From Actinomycetota bacterium (lineage in GTDB: Bacteria > Actinomycetota > UBA4738 > HRBIN12), in NCBI GenBank assembly GCA_035691205.1, contig DASSJM010000017.1, positions 9,481 through 73,480 on the forward strand: DNA of 64,000 nucleotides, given 5' to 3'. Positions 7,930 through 16,759 of this stretch are shown here, in pieces. Numbering within the stretch: the stretch's first letter is position 1; every line of letters begins with the position of its first letter. The notes under the pieces are model-generated. The model searched no databases, was not told the origin of the DNA, and saw only the letters and a list, made by a program, of their open reading frames with translations. The position numbers and the translations under genes are program-made.

Positions 7930-8964
7930 TCAGAGGGCGCGGAGGGCGGGAGCGACCTCGGCCGCGAACAGCGAGGTGGCACGGGCGGCGGTCGCCAGGT
8001 CCATCCCCGGGTAGTGCAGCCGGACGACCAGGTGGAGCTCGTCGCGATCCTCGTTCCGGGTCACCAAGGGGCCGAGCGCCGCGACCACTTCCTCGGGGGG
8101 CCCGGCGACGGTCCAGCGGCGCGCCTCCTCCTCCGCCAGCGTCGGGGCGAGCGCGTCGTGCTCCGGCGTGTCGTGGCCCGCGTCCCAGGCCGTGTACGCC
8201 CCGAGCTGCTGGGTCAGACCCTCCCGGAGCAGCTTCCAGTGGTCGCCCTCCGTCCATGGGAACGCGTTCTGCGTGAGCGCGACCGCGAGCGTCCGGGGAT
8301 CGCGCCCAGCGCTCCTCGCGCCCTCGTCCAGGACCGAGAGGGCGTGCCGGAGGTCATCGGGCTCCGTCGCGTCGGTGATGTACCCGTCGGCCAGGCGGCC
8401 GGCCCGCCGGAGCCCGCGATCGTCGTAGCCCCCCAGGAAGATCCTCGGGCCGCCCGGCCGCGCCGGGGTCGGGGTCACGCGCACGCGATCGAAGCGCATC
8501 GTGCGGCCCTCGAACGAGAACCGGCGGCCGGTCCACGCGCGTCGGAGCACCTCGATCGTGTCCGTCGTGCGCCGGGCGCGCTCGCGCATCGAGGCGCCGA
8601 ACATCCGGAACTCCTCCTCGCGCCATCCGAGTCCCAGCCCGAGGATCAGGCGGCCGTTCGAGAGCTGGTCCACGACCGCCGCGTCCTCGGCGAGGCGGAG
8701 CGGGTCGTGCAGCGGCGTGAGCAGGATGCCGGTGCCGAGCTCGATCCGCTCGGTCACGGCCGCGAAGGCCGCGAGCATCGGGAGCAGGGAGGGCAGGTAG
8801 CCGTCGGACGAGCCGTGATGCTCGCTCACCCAGGCCGAGTCGAACCCGAGCGACTCGGCCAGCCGTACCAGCTCGAGCGTCTCGCCGTACTCCTGCGCGA
8901 GCGTCCGGCTCGAGCCCGCGGGGATCTGGCCCGTGAACAGCCCGATGCCGATCCGGAGCGTCAT
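7930..8964 (-). CDS. LLM-class (luciferase-like) F420-dependent oxidoreductase
   Basis: Start MTLRIGIGLFTGQIP at ATG 8964. LLM motifs AESLGFDSAWVSEHH and NGRLILGLGLGW. The ORF-track 92-aa N-terminal extension was rejected. Confidence 0.85.
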   Translation of the reverse strand: MTLRIGIGLFTGQIPAGSSRTLAQEYGETLELVRLAESLGFDSAWVSEHHGSSDGYLPSLLPMLAAFAAVTERIELGTGILLTPLHDPLRLAEDAAVVDQLSNGRLILGLGLGWREEEFRMFGASMRERARRTTDTIEVLRRAWTGRRFSFEGRTMRFDRVRVTPTPARPGGPRIFLGGYDDRGLRRAGRLADGYITDATEPDDLRHALSVLDEGARSAGRDPRTLAVALTQNAFPWTEGDHWKLLREGLTQQLGAYTAWDAGHDTPEHDALAPTLAEEEARRWTVAGPPEEVVAALGPLVTRNEDRDELHLVVRLHYPGMDLATAARATSLFAAEVAPALRAL

Positions 8965-9024
8965 CGCAGCGAAACCTACACGGCGCGCGAGGCATCCCGC
9001 GCGTCGGCGCGAGAAGATGCGCGC

Positions 9025-9396
9025 GTGCGGATCCGGATCGACCCCTCCTCGCGCGAGCCGGCCTCGACGCAGATGGCCGGGGCGATCCGCGCCGCGGTCG
9101 AGCGCGGCACCCTGAAGCCGGCCGAGCGCCTCCCGCCGGTGCGTGAGCTCGCAGCTGAGCTCGGGCTGGCCCCCAACACGGTCGCGAAGGCGTATCGGGT
9201 CCTGGAGTCCGAGGGGCTGCTCGAGGGCCGGGGTCGCCACGGCACCTTCGTCGCCGAGCGCCTGCCGGGCCGCGTCCCGCGGGCCGAGAGCCGGCTGGAC
9301 GAGGCCGCGGACGCGTTCGTCCGCCGTTCCCGCCAGCTCGGGTTCGGTGCGGCCGGTGCGCGGGATGCCCTCGAGCGGGCGCTGCGGCGGCGCTGA
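9025..9396 (+). CDS. GntR family (YtrA-like, short) transcriptional regulator
   Basis: VRIRIDPSSREPASTQMAGAIRAAVERGTLKPAERLPPVRELAAELGLAPNTVAKAYRVLESEGLLEGRGRHGTFVAE is a winged-HTH GntR signature. GTG start 9025. Divergent from the LLM gene, 60-bp spacer. Confidence 0.75.
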   Translation: MRIRIDPSSREPASTQMAGAIRAAVERGTLKPAERLPPVRELAAELGLAPNTVAKAYRVLESEGLLEGRGRHGTFVAERLPGRVPRAESRLDEAADAFVRRSRQLGFGAAGARDALERALRRR

Positions 9397-9400
9397 CCGG

Positions 9401-10162
9401 CTAGCCGACCGCGAGCAGGGCGGCCATCACGGCGAACCCGCCCGCGATGCCGAAGAACTGCACGACGCCGACGCGGATGTCGGATCCCTTGTGGAGCTCG
9501 GGGATCAGGTCGGCCCCGGCGATGTAGATGAACGCGCCGGCCGAGATCGCGAGCAGGGGCCGCTCGATCCCGCCGAGCGCGCCGTCCAGCAGGAGCGCGA
9601 TCGTCGCCCCGAGGACCGCCGTCATCGCGGAGGCGACGTTGTAGACGAGCGCCCGCTTGGGCGCGAGCCCCGCGTGGACCAGCACGCCGAGGTCGCCCAT
9701 CTCCTGGGGGATCTCGTGCAGCGCCACGGCGATCGTCGTGGCGATGCCGAGCGACGGGCTCACCAGGAACGAGCCGGCGATGATCGCGCCGTCCACGAAG
9801 TTGTGCACCCCGTCGCCGACCAGGTTCGTGAGCACCACCGGCTGCACGTGGTGGTGCTCGGGGGCGTTCAGCTGGTGATGGAGGTGGATGAACTTCTCGA
9901 GCACGTAGAGGAACAGGATCGACAGCGCCATCACCCAGGACAGCTCGACCGTGATGCCCCCGCTCTCGGCGAGCTCGGGCAGGAGGTGGAACAGCGTGTC
10001 GCCGAGGAGGGCGCCGACCGCGAAGCTCACCAGGATCGGAACGATCCTGCGGAGCAGCCCTTCTTGGACGACCAGAGCCACGATGCCCACGAACGCGATC
10101 GCGCTCACCGCGAGGACGGCGAGGATCGTCGCGCCCCAGACCGATGCGGAGGCGGCCAGCAC
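9401..10162 (-). CDS. ZIP family metal (zinc) transporter (ZupT-like)
   Basis: 253 aa, about 8 TM. His-rich loop HLHHQLNAPEHHHVQ. HNFVDGAIIAGSF and HEIPQEMGD are ZIP signature motifs. Confidence 0.9.
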   Translation of the reverse strand: MLAASASVWGATILAVLAVSAIAFVGIVALVVQEGLLRRIVPILVSFAVGALLGDTLFHLLPELAESGGITVELSWVMALSILFLYVLEKFIHLHHQLNAPEHHHVQPVVLTNLVGDGVHNFVDGAIIAGSFLVSPSLGIATTIAVALHEIPQEMGDLGVLVHAGLAPKRALVYNVASAMTAVLGATIALLLDGALGGIERPLLAISAGAFIYIAGADLIPELHKGSDIRVGVVQFFGIAGGFAVMAALLAVG

Positions 10163-10197
10163 GGGCCGAGGCTACACGACCGCTCCCTGCGTCCCGG

Positions 10198-10959
10198 TCA
10201 AGGCGTCAGGTACGGGCGGTCCGGGCGGGCGACCTCGACGACCTGCTGCGCGTCCACGATGACCTCGCGCCCGAGCGGGAAGACCGAGCCGGTGACCTCC
10301 ACCCAGTCGTCGGCCTCGAACTCGCCCGGCCGGACGTTCACCACCCGGACCTGCGCGACCGTCGCATCCGCGGCGCAGCAGGACACGACGTAGCGGGTGA
10401 GCAGGATCTCGTCCGCGGGGGTGTCGTCGCGCCGGACCACGAAGCCCACGAACGTGACCGTCTCGCCGGCCCTCGCCGCAAGCGCCCGCTCCCCCTCCGG
10501 CGTGGTCTGCGCCGCGGCCACGTCGACCAGCGTGAGCTCGCCCTCGCCGATCTCGGTCGCCGAGGCGGCGAACCCCGCACCGGAGAACCCCGAGCGCTTC
10601 CCGGCGGAGAACGTGCCCAGGGTCGCCGGCGGCGCCGCGAGCACCAGGACCACCGGAACCACCATCAGGGCCATGATCCACGCCTCGCGGGCCCGCAGCG
10701 GCTCGGGCGCGGTGGTCCGAGCCGAGACGATCCGACCGATCGTCGACGCCGTGAGCAGGACGGCCGCCACCGGGACCACCCAGTCGGTCCGCGTCGACAG
10801 GTACAGCGCATCGCGCCCGGTGAGCCACAGGAACCAGAACAGGAAGGCCCACGCGCCGAGGACCGCCGCGCCCGCCACCCGGGCCGGGCTCCACCTGCGG
10901 GGCCGGCCCACCTCGGCGAGCCCGCGCGCCGTTCGCCGGGCCATGACGGCGTCGCTCAT
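10198..10959 (-). CDS. TIGR03943/DUF1980 family protein, partner subunit of a two-component membrane permease
   Basis: Start MSDAVMARR at ATG 10959, ATGA-overlapping the upstream permease stop. N-terminal TM helices. C-terminal Cys pair RYVVSCCAADA typical of this family. The rest of the 866-aa ORF-track entry is a shadow. Confidence 0.8.
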   Translation of the reverse strand: MSDAVMARRTARGLAEVGRPRRWSPARVAGAAVLGAWAFLFWFLWLTGRDALYLSTRTDWVVPVAAVLLTASTIGRIVSARTTAPEPLRAREAWIMALMVVPVVLVLAAPPATLGTFSAGKRSGFSGAGFAASATEIGEGELTLVDVAAAQTTPEGERALAARAGETVTFVGFVVRRDDTPADEILLTRYVVSCCAADATVAQVRVVNVRPGEFEADDWVEVTGSVFPLGREVIVDAQQVVEVARPDRPYLTP

Positions 10960-11960
10960 CCGAACACCACCCCGATCCACAGCGCGCCGACGAGCGTGGC
11001 GGCCGCCGCGGTGAGGACCACGATGCGGACGAACCCGCGCCGGAACGTCCCCGCGTACAGCGCGAGCAGCTTGGCGTCGACCATCGGCCCGAAGACCAGG
11101 AACCCGAGCTGCGCCGAGACGCCGAACGGCGCGAACGAGGCCGCGACGAACGCGTCGGACTCCGAGCAGAGCGAGAGGGCTGCGGCGAGGGCCATCATCG
11201 CGACGACCGACAGGATCGGGAGGTCGGCGACGCTCGAGAGCCACGAGGCGGGCAGGAACGTCTGGATCGCGGCGGCGATCGTCGCGCCCAGCAGCAGGTA
11301 GCGGCCCATGAACAGGAAGTCGTTGCCCAGGTGCACGAAGAACCGGCGCCACCTGGCCTCGGGGCGGCCGAGCTCGAGCAGGTGCTCGTGCGACTCCTCC
11401 GGGTTCGGCTTGAGGAGCTCCTCGGTGGTCCGCGAGCCGAGCACCCACCCCACCGCGATCGCGACGAGGACCCCGAGCGCGAAGCGCCCGCCGACCACGG
11501 TCCACATCGTTGCGCGTCCTCGGAACGCGACGAACGTCGATGCGATCACGACCGGGTTGATCACGGGCGCCGCGAGCATGAAGGTCACGGCGGCCGACGG
11601 CATGAGCCCTCGCTGCATCAGCCGGCGTGCCACCGGCACCGAGCCGCACTCGCAGATCGGGAACGCGAGGCCGGCGAGCGCGGCCGCGGGGAGCTGGAGC
11701 GGGCGCGGGAGGCGCCCGAGACGCTCGAGCGTCCCGATCGGCACGAAGACCTCGACGAGCGCGGCGGCGAGCGCGCCGAGCATCACGAAGGGGAGCGCCT
11801 GGATCAGCAGCGACCCGAAGATCACGAAGAAGGTCCGGACCCAGTCGACGCGGCCGGGGTCGAGCAGGCGAAGGACGAGGGCGGCCGCGATCAGCATCCC
11901 CGCAACGGCGAGCGCGGTTCGAGCGGTGGCGGTCCGGTCGTGCCCGGGCGCGATCTCCAT
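10956..11960 (-). CDS. DUF318/YraQ-like permease (two-component membrane permease subunit)
   Basis: 334 aa multi-TM. Conserved ICECGSVP motif. Confidence 0.85.
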   Translation of the reverse strand: MEIAPGHDRTATARTALAVAGMLIAAALVLRLLDPGRVDWVRTFFVIFGSLLIQALPFVMLGALAAALVEVFVPIGTLERLGRLPRPLQLPAAALAGLAFPICECGSVPVARRLMQRGLMPSAAVTFMLAAPVINPVVIASTFVAFRGRATMWTVVGGRFALGVLVAIAVGWVLGSRTTEELLKPNPEESHEHLLELGRPEARWRRFFVHLGNDFLFMGRYLLLGATIAAAIQTFLPASWLSSVADLPILSVVAMMALAAALSLCSESDAFVAASFAPFGVSAQLGFLVFGPMVDAKLLALYAGTFRRGFVRIVVLTAAAATLVGALWIGVVFG

Positions 11961-13292
11961 CTAGCAGTACCTCGCGAACGAGACGGCGAAGCCCTGGAAG
12001 GCGTCGGCCACCATCCTCCCACCCTCGGGATCCTCGGCCGCCAGGAGCGCGTCCACCGCGGCCTGCCCCGTGACCTGTTCCGCTCGGAGCACGTCCTGGT
12101 CGAGGAAGAGCCCGCCCGGGACCACCGCCTCGACCGCGGGAGCCGCTCCCGGGATCGAGGCCTCGACGGCGTCCACGGCGAACGCATCCGGCACCGCGGT
12201 CCTCCCGCGCTCCCAGGTGCCGGTGCCGGCAACCACCACGAGCGTCGCATCGCCCGTCGCGGCCTGCGCCTCGGTCACGATGCGGCGGGTGAGCCGGTCC
12301 ATGGCTCGGATGCCGCCGTCGAGCACCACCCCGAGGACGTCCGGCACGTCGTCGGCCCCGTACCCCGTCGACAGGTGCACCTCCACGGCGAGGGGGGCGG
12401 CCGCGGCGTCGCCGATCACCGTGTCCACGGGGTCCTGGTCCGGGTACCAGCCGCCGCCGACCAGGCCGCGGTCGCGTGGCGCGGTCTCGACGAGTCCCAC
12501 CAGCGTCCGAGGGTGGGCCCGTTCCAGGTCGTCGGCGAGCGACGCGATCACCGGGACGGGGGAGCCCTCGGCGAAGGCCTCGGCGACGCGCCCCTCGTCG
12601 CTGCGGACGAAGGAGCCCGTGATGCCGTGCTGGGAGGGGAGGCCGCCCGTGCCGATCGTCGTGAGCGCCGCCGTGGGGTCCAGCGGCAGGGATCCGACCT
12701 CGGCCTGCAGGGTTCCCGCCCCCCGTTCCAGCAGTGAGGCGAGGAAGGCCCACGCGCCGGGGCGGGCCTCGAGCTCGGCGGAGCCTGCGCCCTTCCACGC
12801 GATCAGCAGGATCAGCCGCGGCGGACGACCCGATGCCGAGGCGACGCCGGGGACGGCGGTGCCCGAGCGAACGTCGGGGAAGGGGCGTTGGAACCCGAGC
12901 GCGTCGCTCACGGTCGGGGCGACGCGGTCGAGGGTGACCCCGTCGGAGATCGGCGTGCCCGAGGCGATCCCCGCGCCGACGAACACCAGCGGGACCCGGT
13001 CGTCCGCGGCCGTGCCCACCGACGGCCAGGGGAGGCGAAGCTCGTCCACCTGCGTGTACACGGGCGTGCTCGCGCCGACTGCGAGGACGTCGGGGGAGCG
13101 CCCCTCCCGGTAGCCGTTCGCGATGGCCGTCCGCAGCGTCTCGGGGAGCGGGCAGAAGGGCACGCGGGCTGCGCTCGGCTCGGCCTCACATGACCGCCCC
13201 ACGCAGAGCACCTGGAGGATGCCGGCGGGGATCCCGATCGCGGCGAGCGCGACGAGGAGCACGAGGAGCCGACGACCGGTCACCGACCTCAC
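11961..13292 (-). CDS. Signal-anchored extracytoplasmic protein, divergent alkaline-phosphatase-superfamily-like paralog of the three downstream lipoproteins
   Basis: N-terminal MRSVTGRRLLVLLVALAAIGIPAGIL. Shares the TIGTGGLPSQHGITG block (TIGTGxxPxxHGI) with the NPP-type lipoproteins. Other catalytic blocks are not recognisable. Confidence 0.65.
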   Translation of the reverse strand: MRSVTGRRLLVLLVALAAIGIPAGILQVLCVGRSCEAEPSAARVPFCPLPETLRTAIANGYREGRSPDVLAVGASTPVYTQVDELRLPWPSVGTAADDRVPLVFVGAGIASGTPISDGVTLDRVAPTVSDALGFQRPFPDVRSGTAVPGVASASGRPPRLILLIAWKGAGSAELEARPGAWAFLASLLERGAGTLQAEVGSLPLDPTAALTTIGTGGLPSQHGITGSFVRSDEGRVAEAFAEGSPVPVIASLADDLERAHPRTLVGLVETAPRDRGLVGGGWYPDQDPVDTVIGDAAAAPLAVEVHLSTGYGADDVPDVLGVVLDGGIRAMDRLTRRIVTEAQAATGDATLVVVAGTGTWERGRTAVPDAFAVDAVEASIPGAAPAVEAVVPGGLFLDQDVLRAEQVTGQAAVDALLAAEDPEGGRMVADAFQGFAVSFARYC

Positions 13293-13355
13293 GCTACCGC
13301 GCGCGGATCGGTGGGTTGTCGTTCACGGCGACGGCGTGGTTGCTTATCCGGGTCC

Positions 13356-15071
13356 ATGTCCCCCCGACGCTGGTTCGCGCTGCTCGCCGTCCTGCTCGTG
13401 CTGGGCGCAGCATGCACCGACGGAGGCTCGAGCGACGTCGCGTCGGGCCCGTCCCCGACCGGGAGGGAGACGGGGACCGCCGCCACGACCTCCGAGCCCT
13501 CGGAGGCAGCCGAGCCGGTCGCCGAGGGCGCGATGGCCGACCTCGCCTGCTCGTTGCCTCACGAGTGGCTCCTGAGGACCTGGCGCGGGAACCGCGACGA
13601 TCGCAGCGCCGAGCTGCAGATCCTGCCGATCGAGCCGAACTTCGTGGGCTCGGGGCTCCCGCACGTGGGGCCCTGGGACTACGCGCAGGACATCCCGATG
13701 TTCTGGTACGGGCCCGGCCACATCGCGCCCGCCGGCGTCGTGAACCGGCCGGTCACCCTCGCCGGCGTCGCCCCGACGCAGGCCGAGCTCCTGGGCTTCT
13801 CCTTCCGCACCCGGGACGGCACCCCGATGCGCGAGGCCGTGGCCGGGAACGCGACCCCGCCCCGGCTCGTCGTGACGATGATCTGGGACGCGGCCGGCCG
13901 CAACGTGCTCGATCGGTGGCCCGACGACTGGCCGTACCTCGCATCGCTGATCGAGAGCGGGGCCTGGTACGAGCGCGCGACGGTGGGCACGAGCCCGACG
14001 AGCACCGCGCAGACGCACGCGACGATCGGCACCGGCACGTTCCCCGACGACCACGGCATCGTGGCGCACCGGATGCGCATCGGCGAGGTGCTGTCCACGC
14101 CGTGGGCCCAGGGCCCCGCGTACCTGATCGACCCGACGCTGGCCGATCTGTACGACGTGGCCCACGGCAACGAGCCGGTGGTCGGCGAGCTGGGGACCGT
14201 GAGTATCCACCTCGGGATGCTCGGTCACGGCTCGATGTGGGGCGGGGGCGACGAGGACATCGCGGTGATCCGCGAGAAGGTCGGGGCCGAGACGCTCGGC
14301 GAGGAGGGGTTCGAGTGGAACCTCACCCCGCTGCTCCAGCCCTACTACCGGTTCCCGGACTACATCAACGAGGTGGGCGGGTTCGAGGAGGACGTGCGGG
14401 AGGTCGACGCAGCCGACGGGCAGCTGGACGGGAAGTGGCGCGAGAACGACATCGAGGCGCTGTTGCAGGGGTTCGACACGCCGGCGCGGATCCCGTACCA
14501 GACGAGGGTGCTGAAGGAGATGATCTCGCGCGAGGGCTTCGGCGCGGACGACGTCCCCGACCTGTTGTTCGTGAACTACAAGATGATCGACTACATCAGC
14601 CACGTGTGGACCGTGAACAGCCCCGAGATGCAGGACGCCGTGCGGGCCCAGGACGAGGCGCTCGAGGACCTGGTCACGTTCCTGGACCGGGAGGTCGGGG
14701 AGGGCGAGTGGGTGTTCGCGCTCACCGCCGATCACGGCTCGATCCCCGACCCCGACCTGACCGGCGCGTTCCAGATCTCGGCCACCCCGATCGTGAACGG
14801 CATCAACGCGACCTTCGACACCGACGGGGATGGCGCCAAGCTGGTAGAGCTGGTCCAGCCGACGCAGATCTTCGTGAACGAGCGCGAGCTCCGGCAGGAC
14901 GGCCACACGCTCGAGGAGCTCGCCGACTGGATCATGGGGTTGACGAAGGCGGACACGGCTCAGCCGGGCGTCGTCGTCCCGGCCGAGGAGGCCGACGACC
15001 TCGTGTTCCAGGCGGCCTTCCCCTCGGCGATCATGAACGACCTCGCATGCCTGCCGGAGGCACGGGGGTGA
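13356..15071 (+). CDS. Alkaline-phosphatase-superfamily lipoprotein, nucleotide pyrophosphatase/phosphodiesterase-like (paralog 1)
   Basis: Lipobox LLVLGAAC. LVVTMIWDAAG. ATVGTSPTSTAQTHATIGTGTFPDDHGIVAH (NPP catalytic-Thr and metal-site blocks). ALTADHGS. C-terminal LACLPEARG. Start at internal ATG 13356. Confidence 0.85.
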   Translation: MSPRRWFALLAVLLVLGAACTDGGSSDVASGPSPTGRETGTAATTSEPSEAAEPVAEGAMADLACSLPHEWLLRTWRGNRDDRSAELQILPIEPNFVGSGLPHVGPWDYAQDIPMFWYGPGHIAPAGVVNRPVTLAGVAPTQAELLGFSFRTRDGTPMREAVAGNATPPRLVVTMIWDAAGRNVLDRWPDDWPYLASLIESGAWYERATVGTSPTSTAQTHATIGTGTFPDDHGIVAHRMRIGEVLSTPWAQGPAYLIDPTLADLYDVAHGNEPVVGELGTVSIHLGMLGHGSMWGGGDEDIAVIREKVGAETLGEEGFEWNLTPLLQPYYRFPDYINEVGGFEEDVREVDAADGQLDGKWRENDIEALLQGFDTPARIPYQTRVLKEMISREGFGADDVPDLLFVNYKMIDYISHVWTVNSPEMQDAVRAQDEALEDLVTFLDREVGEGEWVFALTADHGSIPDPDLTGAFQISATPIVNGINATFDTDGDGAKLVELVQPTQIFVNERELRQDGHTLEELADWIMGLTKADTAQPGVVVPAEEADDLVFQAAFPSAIMNDLACLPEARG

Positions 15072-16759
15072 GGTTGGCGGCGCCGCTGCTGGCGCTCGGT
15101 CTGCTCGCCGCCGCCTGCACCTCCGATGCCACGGAATCACCGTCGGCGACGGGGGACGCGGTCGCGACGGGCTCGACGGGCCCGACGGGTGGAGGGGAGA
15201 TCGCCCCGCCGGCCCCCGGGGAGCTCGCCGACGCGGCGTGCGCGATCCCCCACGAGCAGCTCCTCCGCGTCTGGCGTGGGACCGATCCCGAGCGCTCGGG
15301 CCAGATCGTGTTCGTCCCGGCCGAGCCGAACTTCGTGGGCACCAACTTCCCGCATTCGGGGCCGTGGGACTACCTTCAGGACGTGCCGCTGTTCTGGTAC
15401 GGCCCGGGCGTCGTCCCCGCGCTCGGTCGCGTAGACACCCCCGCGACGATCGCGGACATCGCTCCGACGCAGGCGCGGCTGCTGGACTTCGACTTCGAGG
15501 CACCCGACGGTCGGGCGCTGGACGAGATCCCGCCCCCGAAGACGCCCCCCCGTCTCATCGTCACGCTGGTGTGGGACGCGGGCGGCATCGGTGTGCTCGA
15601 CGCGTTCCCCGACGACTGGCCGGTGCTCGGCTCCCTGATCGAGGACGGCGTCTGGTACGAGGACGCGAGCGTCGGCTCGAGCCCGTCGATCACGCCGGCG
15701 ACGCACGCCACGATCGGCGCGGGAGCTTTCCCGCTGCACACGGGGCAGACCGACGCGGAGTTCCGGATCGGCGACGAGCTGGTCCGCGCCGGCGCGCTCG
15801 GGCCGGTGCTCATGATGGAGCCGACGCTCGGCGATCTGTACGACCGCGCGATGGACAACGAGCCCCTCGTCGGCGCCCTCGCGAGCGTTACGTGGCACCT
15901 GAACATGGCGAGCCACGGGGGGCTGTGGGGCGGCGGCGACAAGGACATCGCGGTGCTGCGCGTCCCAGCGGAGGCCGACAACGAGGGCGCCGAGGGCACC
16001 GTCTGGAACCTCCAGGGCCGGTACCTGCCGTTCTACGAGTTCCCCGAGTACGTCAACGACCTGCCGCCGCTGTCCTCGTACACGGAGGAGGTCGACCGGG
16101 AGGACGGCGCGCTCGACGGCCGCTGGCGGGACAACTCGATCGAGCAGTACGAGGAGGGCTGGGCTACGCCGGCCCGCATCCCGTACCAGGGCCGGATGGT
16201 CGAGGAGGTGATCGCCCGAGAGGGGTTCGGCGACGACGACGTGCCGGACCTGCTGTTCGTGAACTTCAAGGCGATCGACCACGTGAGCCACATCTGGAGC
16301 GTGAACAGCCCCGAGATGGCGGACACCCTCCGTTGGCAGGACCGCGACCTCGAGAGTTTCGTGGGGTTCCTCGATCGCGAGGTCGGGCGCGGTCGATGGG
16401 TGTTGGTCCTGACCGCCGACCACGGGGCGCAGTACGACCCGGCCGTCTCCGGCGCCTTCCAGGTGACCCCCCGTGAGCTCGAGGACGACCTGAACGCCGC
16501 GTTCCCCTCGGAGACCGGCGGGTCGGTCTTCCTCGCCGTGCGCACGAGCCAGATCTACGTGAACGAGGACACGATGCGCGCGAGCGGGTACTCGCTGGAG
16601 CAGATCGCGCGGTTCGTCCTCGGGTACACGAAGGGGCAGGGCCATCCCGAGGGCCCCGAGGCCGTCCCCGGGGAGGAGCGCGACGACCGCGTGTTCGCCG
16701 CCGCGCTCCCGATCCGCCAGCTGGACCGCCTGGAGTGCCTCCCGGAGGCTCGCGGATGA
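15047..16759 (+). CDS. Alkaline-phosphatase-superfamily lipoprotein (paralog 2)
   Basis: Lipobox LLAAAC. LIVTLVWDAGG. VGSSPSITPATHATIGAGAFPLHTGQ. LTADHGAQ. C-terminal LECLPEARG. Start is ATG 15047 or GTG 15068; the GTG overlaps the stop of paralog 1 (GTGA). Confidence 0.85.
   Translation: MPAGGTGVRLAAPLLALGLLAAACTSDATESPSATGDAVATGSTGPTGGGEIAPPAPGELADAACAIPHEQLLRVWRGTDPERSGQIVFVPAEPNFVGTNFPHSGPWDYLQDVPLFWYGPGVVPALGRVDTPATIADIAPTQARLLDFDFEAPDGRALDEIPPPKTPPRLIVTLVWDAGGIGVLDAFPDDWPVLGSLIEDGVWYEDASVGSSPSITPATHATIGAGAFPLHTGQTDAEFRIGDELVRAGALGPVLMMEPTLGDLYDRAMDNEPLVGALASVTWHLNMASHGGLWGGGDKDIAVLRVPAEADNEGAEGTVWNLQGRYLPFYEFPEYVNDLPPLSSYTEEVDREDGALDGRWRDNSIEQYEEGWATPARIPYQGRMVEEVIAREGFGDDDVPDLLFVNFKAIDHVSHIWSVNSPEMADTLRWQDRDLESFVGFLDREVGRGRWVLVLTADHGAQYDPAVSGAFQVTPRELEDDLNAAFPSETGGSVFLAVRTSQIYVNEDTMRASGYSLEQIARFVLGYTKGQGHPEGPEAVPGEERDDRVFAAALPIRQLDRLECLPEARG

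Noticed and set aside
10198-12798. 866-aa minus-strand ORF
   Set aside because: Only the C-terminal 253 aa (DUF1980 protein) is real. The upstream part overlaps the DUF318 permease and the AP-like gene in other frames and is Arg/Gly-rich junk.
13190-16759. 1189-aa plus-strand ORF spanning two lipoprotein genes
   Set aside because: Its N-terminal 620 aa is an off-frame shadow of paralog 1. Only the part from the lipoprotein signal peptide (15047 or 15068) onward is a gene (paralog 2).
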